Below are positions 59,517-64,000 of a stretch of 64,000 nt of DNA, in pieces. The position numbers and the translations under genes are program-made. Origin of the DNA: an uncultured Verrucomicrobiae bacterium (lineage in GTDB: Bacteria; Verrucomicrobiota; Verrucomicrobiia; Chthoniobacterales; JAFAMB01); NCBI GenBank assembly GCA_963837955.1, contig CAWIPH010000002.1:2304001-2368000 (forward strand). The letters run 5' to 3'. The notes under the pieces were generated by a model that saw only the letters and a list, made by a program, of their open reading frames with translations, did not search any database and was not told where the DNA came from. The stretch's first letter is position 1. Each line of letters opens with the position of its first letter.

Positions 59517-60830
59517 ATGTCTTCTACCAAGCCAGACGAGCCGGCCCAAACGGCGATTCCGGACGGTAGTACGGAGGCGAGACTGCCGTTATCGAGTGAT
59601 CCTACGCGTTGGAATCATATTGCCAGACCCTATTCCCGGGAGGATGTGGAAAGACTGCGCGGCTCGATCAGAATCGAATATACGTTAGCTAAGCATGGGG
59701 CAGAACGGCTTTGGTTTTTGCTAAATTCGGAGCCATACGTGGCGGCTCTCGGGGCACTGACTGGGAATCAAGCAGTGCAACAAGTCCGAGCAGGGCTTCA
59801 GGCCATCTATCTCAGCGGCTGGCAGGTTGCCGCGGATGCGAATCTCTCCGAGCAGATGTATCCGGATCAGAGTCTATACCCGGCGAATAGTGTGCCCGCG
59901 ATCGTCAGGCGCATCAATAACGCGTTGCTGCGGGCAGATCAGGTTGACCATCACGAGGGCAGAAACGGTACTCATTGGATGGCGCCGATCGTTGCAGATG
60001 CGGAGGCGGGATTCGGCGGGAACCTAAACGTCTTCGAGTTAGTGAAAGCGATGATTGAAGCCGGCGCAGCTGGCGTGCATTTGGAGGATCAGCTTGCGGC
60101 GGAAAAGAAGTGCGGACATCTCGGTGGAAAGGTTCTTATTCCTACCCGTCAGGCGATTAGCAATCTGGTCGCGGCGCGGTTAGCGGCCGACATTTGCGAT
60201 GTTCCTACGGTGTTAGTGGCAAGGACCGATGCGAACGGAGCGGCTCTGCTAACAAATGATATCGATCCGCGCGACAGACAGTTCCTTACCGCAGAACGGA
60301 CGAACGAAGGCTTCTTTCGCGTGCGTCCAGGAATCGAACAAGCGATCGCCCGAGCGATCTCATACGCGCCTTTTGCCGACGTACTCTGGTGTGAAACGAG
60401 CGAGCCAAATCTTACCGAAGCCAAGCAATTCGCTGCAGCGGTACACGAGAAATACCCGGGCAAGCTGCTCGCCTACAATTGCTCACCTTCCTTTAACTGG
60501 CGGAAAAAACTCGATGACGCAGCTATTGCATCATTCAATCGAGAACTCGGTGCGATGGGTTATAAGTTTCAATTTATCACCTTGGCCGGGTTTCACGCGC
60601 TGAACTTCAGCATGTTTCAACTTGCGCACGATTACCGAGAACGAGGAATGCCAGCCTATGCCGATTGGCAAACCGCGGAGTTTGGCGCTGAAAAACATGG
60701 TTATACTGCAACCAAACATCAGCGAGAGGTCGGTGCGGGCTATTTTGACGACGTTGCCCAGGTCATTTCCCAGGGAAATTCCTCGACCACCGCTTTGACC
60801 GGGTCAACCGAGCGAGAGCAATTTCATTAA
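59517..60830 (+). CDS. aceA: Isocitrate lyase (short type)
   Basis: [49 protein letters not shown] and HQREVG motifs; RBS AGGAGG. Confidence 0.97.
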   Translation: MSSTKPDEPAQTAIPDGSTEARLPLSSDPTRWNHIARPYSREDVERLRGSIRIEYTLAKHGAERLWFLLNSEPYVAALGALTGNQAVQQVRAGLQAIYLSGWQVAADANLSEQMYPDQSLYPANSVPAIVRRINNALLRADQVDHHEGRNGTHWMAPIVADAEAGFGGNLNVFELVKAMIEAGAAGVHLEDQLAAEKKCGHLGGKVLIPTRQAISNLVAARLAADICDVPTVLVARTDANGAALLTNDIDPRDRQFLTAERTNEGFFRVRPGIEQAIARAISYAPFADVLWCETSEPNLTEAKQFAAAVHEKYPGKLLAYNCSPSFNWRKKLDDAAIASFNRELGAMGYKFQFITLAGFHALNFSMFQLAHDYRERGMPAYADWQTAEFGAEKHGYTATKHQREVGAGYFDDVAQVISQGNSSTTALTGSTEREQFH

Positions 60831-60995
60831 GACAACAGTGAAACCTTTGCTGCAGCCGCTCAGCCGAGGCGAGCAATCAGGAGCAATGACATTGGAAGCC
60901 TGAGTTCGACCCGGTTATGTGCTGAGATAGCTGATATTTGTCCTATGGGGTGATTGGGATGATAAGTTGTGTTTGCAGCCACTGTGAACTGAATT

Positions 60996-62138
60996 ATGAA
61001 TGTTGACGGTCAACCCTATCGAACCATTTGGTTGGACCATGACGGCATGTCGGTCTGTGTTATCGACCAAACGCGCTTGCCCCATCGATTTGAGATCGTG
61101 CGTTGGCGTACCGCTCAAGATGTAGCAGACGGCATCCGGAACATGATCGTCCGGGGCGCGCCCCTGATCGGCGCCTCGGCGGCCTACGGAACGGCCCTAG
61201 CGATGCAAGAGGATTCCAGTGATGACGCTCTGCAACGTGCATACGACATGCTGTTTCGGACTCGACCCACTGCGATCAATCTACGTTGGGCGCTGGACTT
61301 GATGCGGCACACATTACTCTCGCGCAATTCGTCCGAACGGGTGAGTGCGGCTTTTTCGTTGGCGCAGCAAATTGCGGATGACGATGTGCAAAACTGCTCC
61401 GCTATTGGCGATTGTGGTCAAACACTCATAGAAAAGGCTTGGGGGGGTGCAGCGGAGTCTCGGCCAGTGAATATTCTGACTCATTGCAACGCGGGATGGC
61501 TGGCGACCGTTGATTGGGGCACCGCGCTCGCTCCGATTTACAAGGCTTTCAACGCAGGCATCCCGCTGCACGTTTGGGTAGATGAAACCCGCCCACGAAA
61601 TCAAGGTGCTTCGCTGACCGCCTGGGAACTGGGCCACCACGGCGTACCCCACACGGTGATCGCGGATAACGCTGGCGGCCACCTCATGCAGCATGGCCTT
61701 GTCGATCTCTGTATTGTTGGTAGTGACCGAACAACTGCCGCCGGCGACGTCGCCAACAAAATCGGTACTTATCTCAAAGCGTTGGCGGCGCACGATAACG
61801 GTGTGCCATTTTATGTCGCGCTACCCGTGTCGACGATCGATTGGACTATCGAAGACGGAAAACGCGACATCCCAATTGAGAAGCGTGCGCCGGAAGAGCT
61901 GACGCATGTCAGCGGCGAGAGTGAGAATGGCGATGTGCACACGGTCCGATTAACTCCCAAGGCCAGTCCGGCCGCGAACTACGCGTTTGACGTCACTCCA
62001 CGCCACCTGGTCTCAGCGCTCATCACCGAACACGGAGTATTTCGCCCTATATCCGAAGAGATGGCTGAGCTCCGAAAGAGGGCGGAGGAAGGCACAGCCG
62101 GGGGAGCAGGAATACAGAATCTGGAAGCAAGAATTTAG
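60996..62138 (+). CDS. mtnA: S-methyl-5-thioribose-1-phosphate isomerase
   Basis: [47 protein letters not shown] and AFDVTP motifs. Confidence 0.95.
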   Translation: MNVDGQPYRTIWLDHDGMSVCVIDQTRLPHRFEIVRWRTAQDVADGIRNMIVRGAPLIGASAAYGTALAMQEDSSDDALQRAYDMLFRTRPTAINLRWALDLMRHTLLSRNSSERVSAAFSLAQQIADDDVQNCSAIGDCGQTLIEKAWGGAAESRPVNILTHCNAGWLATVDWGTALAPIYKAFNAGIPLHVWVDETRPRNQGASLTAWELGHHGVPHTVIADNAGGHLMQHGLVDLCIVGSDRTTAAGDVANKIGTYLKALAAHDNGVPFYVALPVSTIDWTIEDGKRDIPIEKRAPEELTHVSGESENGDVHTVRLTPKASPAANYAFDVTPRHLVSALITEHGVFRPISEEMAELRKRAEEGTAGGAGIQNLEARI

Positions 62139-62278
62139 AATCTTAGACATCATTGCTCCAAGTTTGATGAGCGGGCGTTGGTGTTTGCGAACGGTTTAAG
62201 GTCGTCCACGCTAGCGCAGATTGAAGTAAGGGCCAGCTGGAGGGTAGTCCACGCGGCGTACGAACGTCGCCCGTACCT

Positions 62279-63223
62279 TCACCTCCAATCGTAAAACCAG
62301 GTTTCTAACGTTGGTTTATCGTTAAGAATCGCTTTCCCAGAAGCGTCTGCTGAATAGAAATAGCCGCTGAGCCGAGGGTAATTATCTCCGACCGCCCAGT
62401 GGTTCAGCATTGAGAAAACCATTTCCCTTCCGACCCGGTATTTCGCAACTAGAGAGAATCGATCATCAGCCGAAAGATTGAGGTCTAGCTCGCCGTGAGT
62501 CACTTGGCCATTCACAGTGCGTTTGATTGCGAGCTTCAAACCGTCCGATTTCGCAGTAACTGTTCCGGTGTAAATCTTGCCTGAGCCAAGCTCTTGTCCT
62601 ATCACTCTGAATCTTCCTTCGAATAAACCGAGCAAATCGCTCGCGGTACTACGTTTGCTGGAATCTTTCGGGGCTTGATTGGGAACGGAAGGGGGAGAAG
62701 GCACTGCTTGATCGTAATACCACACTTCCAATCCGAGCCGGCTTCGATGCGTCAAATCGCCATCTACCGGAGAGACCCAGCCGCTAGCTCGAGGTTGATT
62801 CTTGTCGCCACAGCTGAACTCATATCCTGCTCTGACCGTATTGAGCCCAACATGATATTCGACCTCAAGCACGGGCGCTTCGGGTTCGAACATGATTGTG
62901 CCCATTCCTGAAATCACTCCTCCCTGAATTATTTTTTGGACAAATAACCGGTCGCCCTGTCGGGTGATTGAGACCGAACCGCTGTAGGTCTTGCCTGAGT
63001 CGGGCTCTTGGCCGACAACCATGAACTTTCCGGGCAACCAGGCGAGCGATTTTTCTATCGTATCGGATTGAATCTTATGAGTCTCTGCTTGGGCCGCAGG
63101 GGATTGAGAGACTTCCGGATTCACTGGTGTCACCGAGCTACTTGCGGCGCCGCCAGCGGTCGAACATGCGAGCCACCCATAGATGAGGGCGAAAGAAAAG
63201 CTCATCCGCTTCGCGATACTCAT
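62279..63223 (-). CDS. Exported protein with two tandem copies of an unknown beta-rich domain
   Basis: Signal peptide; GKFMVVGQEPDSGKTYSGSV...PRASGW...LEVWYYD and GRFRVIGQELGSGKIYTGTV...PRLSGY...LETWFYD. Confidence 0.75.
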   Translation of the reverse strand: MSIAKRMSFSFALIYGWLACSTAGGAASSSVTPVNPEVSQSPAAQAETHKIQSDTIEKSLAWLPGKFMVVGQEPDSGKTYSGSVSITRQGDRLFVQKIIQGGVISGMGTIMFEPEAPVLEVEYHVGLNTVRAGYEFSCGDKNQPRASGWVSPVDGDLTHRSRLGLEVWYYDQAVPSPPSVPNQAPKDSSKRSTASDLLGLFEGRFRVIGQELGSGKIYTGTVTAKSDGLKLAIKRTVNGQVTHGELDLNLSADDRFSLVAKYRVGREMVFSMLNHWAVGDNYPRLSGYFYSADASGKAILNDKPTLETWFYDWR

Positions 63224-63345
63224 ACGATTGCTACGCGCGCGGCCCCATCGGACGGACGTCGCCAACTCCCGGTTCTTATATCTCTCAATCTGATCGTCGG
63301 GGGTACGCTGTATGGGTTATGGAGTCTGGGAAACACCACGAGTTC

Positions 63346-64000
63346 TCATCGATTGGGGTTGACGTCTTGATTCGGCTGTGTCGAAGACCTGCGGTAATAC
63401 CAGCGATGCAGCGTATGAGGATCAACGCCGAGATAAAAGAGGCCAATGAAGGCGGTGTTGCGGAGCGTTCGCCACCAGGTTCCAAGGCGACCAAGGCGCC
63501 TGGGCGGTGACCAGAGCGGCGGATCTAACAGCGCGACGCGTCCCAAGCGCCGAAGTCTCCGAGAAAATTCCAGATCTTCCATTAAAGGGATGTCGGCGAA
63601 TCCGCCCAATTTCTGAAAAACAGATGCTCTTACGAAAATGGACTGGTCGCCAAAAAATGGACCGCCGAGCGAACTCAACCATCTGATGATCGGCTCGCGC
63701 CACAGCATTCGTTGAACACGAAAGCGGCGATGAAACGCACCCCCTAAGATCGCCTGGCTGGCTGCTACTTGAGCCAAGGCGTCCAGGTGCTCGGGGCGCA
63801 GTTCGGTGTCGCTATGATGAAAGCAGAGTAGGGTCCCACGAGCAGCCCTTGCCCCAGCATTCATCTGTCGGCCGCGGGACGGTCTATCACAGGAGATAAG
63901 GCGGATAACACCACGCTGCTCCAAATCGCAAAGCGATTGTCCGGGTCGAACTGCCACCACCACCCACTCGGCCAACTCTGCCGTGATTGGCAGGTTGTTT
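63346..64000 (-). CDS. Family 2 glycosyltransferase, TIGR04283-like (5' end outside the window)
   Basis: SRGRQMNAGA, FHHSDT, FGDQSIFVR and GGFADIPLMEDLE motifs; the frame stays open to the window end. Confidence 0.88.
   Translation of the reverse strand, partial: NNLPITAELAEWVVVAVRPGQSLCDLEQRGVIRLISCDRPSRGRQMNAGARAARGTLLCFHHSDTELRPEHLDALAQVAASQAILGGAFHRRFRVQRMLWREPIIRWLSSLGGPFFGDQSIFVRASVFQKLGGFADIPLMEDLEFSRRLRRLGRVALLDPPLWSPPRRLGRLGTWWRTLRNTAFIGLFYLGVDPHTLHRWYYRRSSTQPNQDVNPNR

Noticed and set aside
1..64000. tRNA, rRNA, integrase, prophage or defence genes
   Set aside because: None were recognised in the intergenic gaps or the ORF set by manual reading. Covariance-model and HMM scans were not run.

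Overview
A gene-dense bacterial chromosomal window (roughly mid-50s % GC by eye). The gene and repeat style suggests a soil PVC/Verrucomicrobia-like organism, which is unverified inference. About 35 kb is carbohydrate/polyol uptake and catabolism: three monosaccharide ABC transporter clusters, three aldo/keto reductases, IolE-like and Gfo/Idh/MocA enzymes, two near-identical DeoR paralogs plus a third DeoR, and a HexR/RpiR-linked cluster with an L-sorbose-reductase-like SDR, FGGY kinase, cupin PGI, Eda and a shikimate-DH-like enzyme. The rest holds a GH63/debranching-enzyme pair, an NTase-GrpB fusion, ArsR-SRPBCC, a QueA-like/SDR pair opposite an Fe-S-type HTH regulator, aceA and mtnA. Many intergenic spaces carry nested palindromic REP/REPIN-like elements, and no transposase is visible. 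The most striking unannotated signal lies upstream of isocitrate lyase (aceA): a 24-codon Val-rich leader peptide (59110-59184) inside mutually exclusive RNA helices. This is a candidate ribosome-mediated attenuator coupling the glyoxylate shunt to Val-tRNA (pyruvate-family) supply. No rRNA, tRNA, CRISPR array or integrase was recognised.
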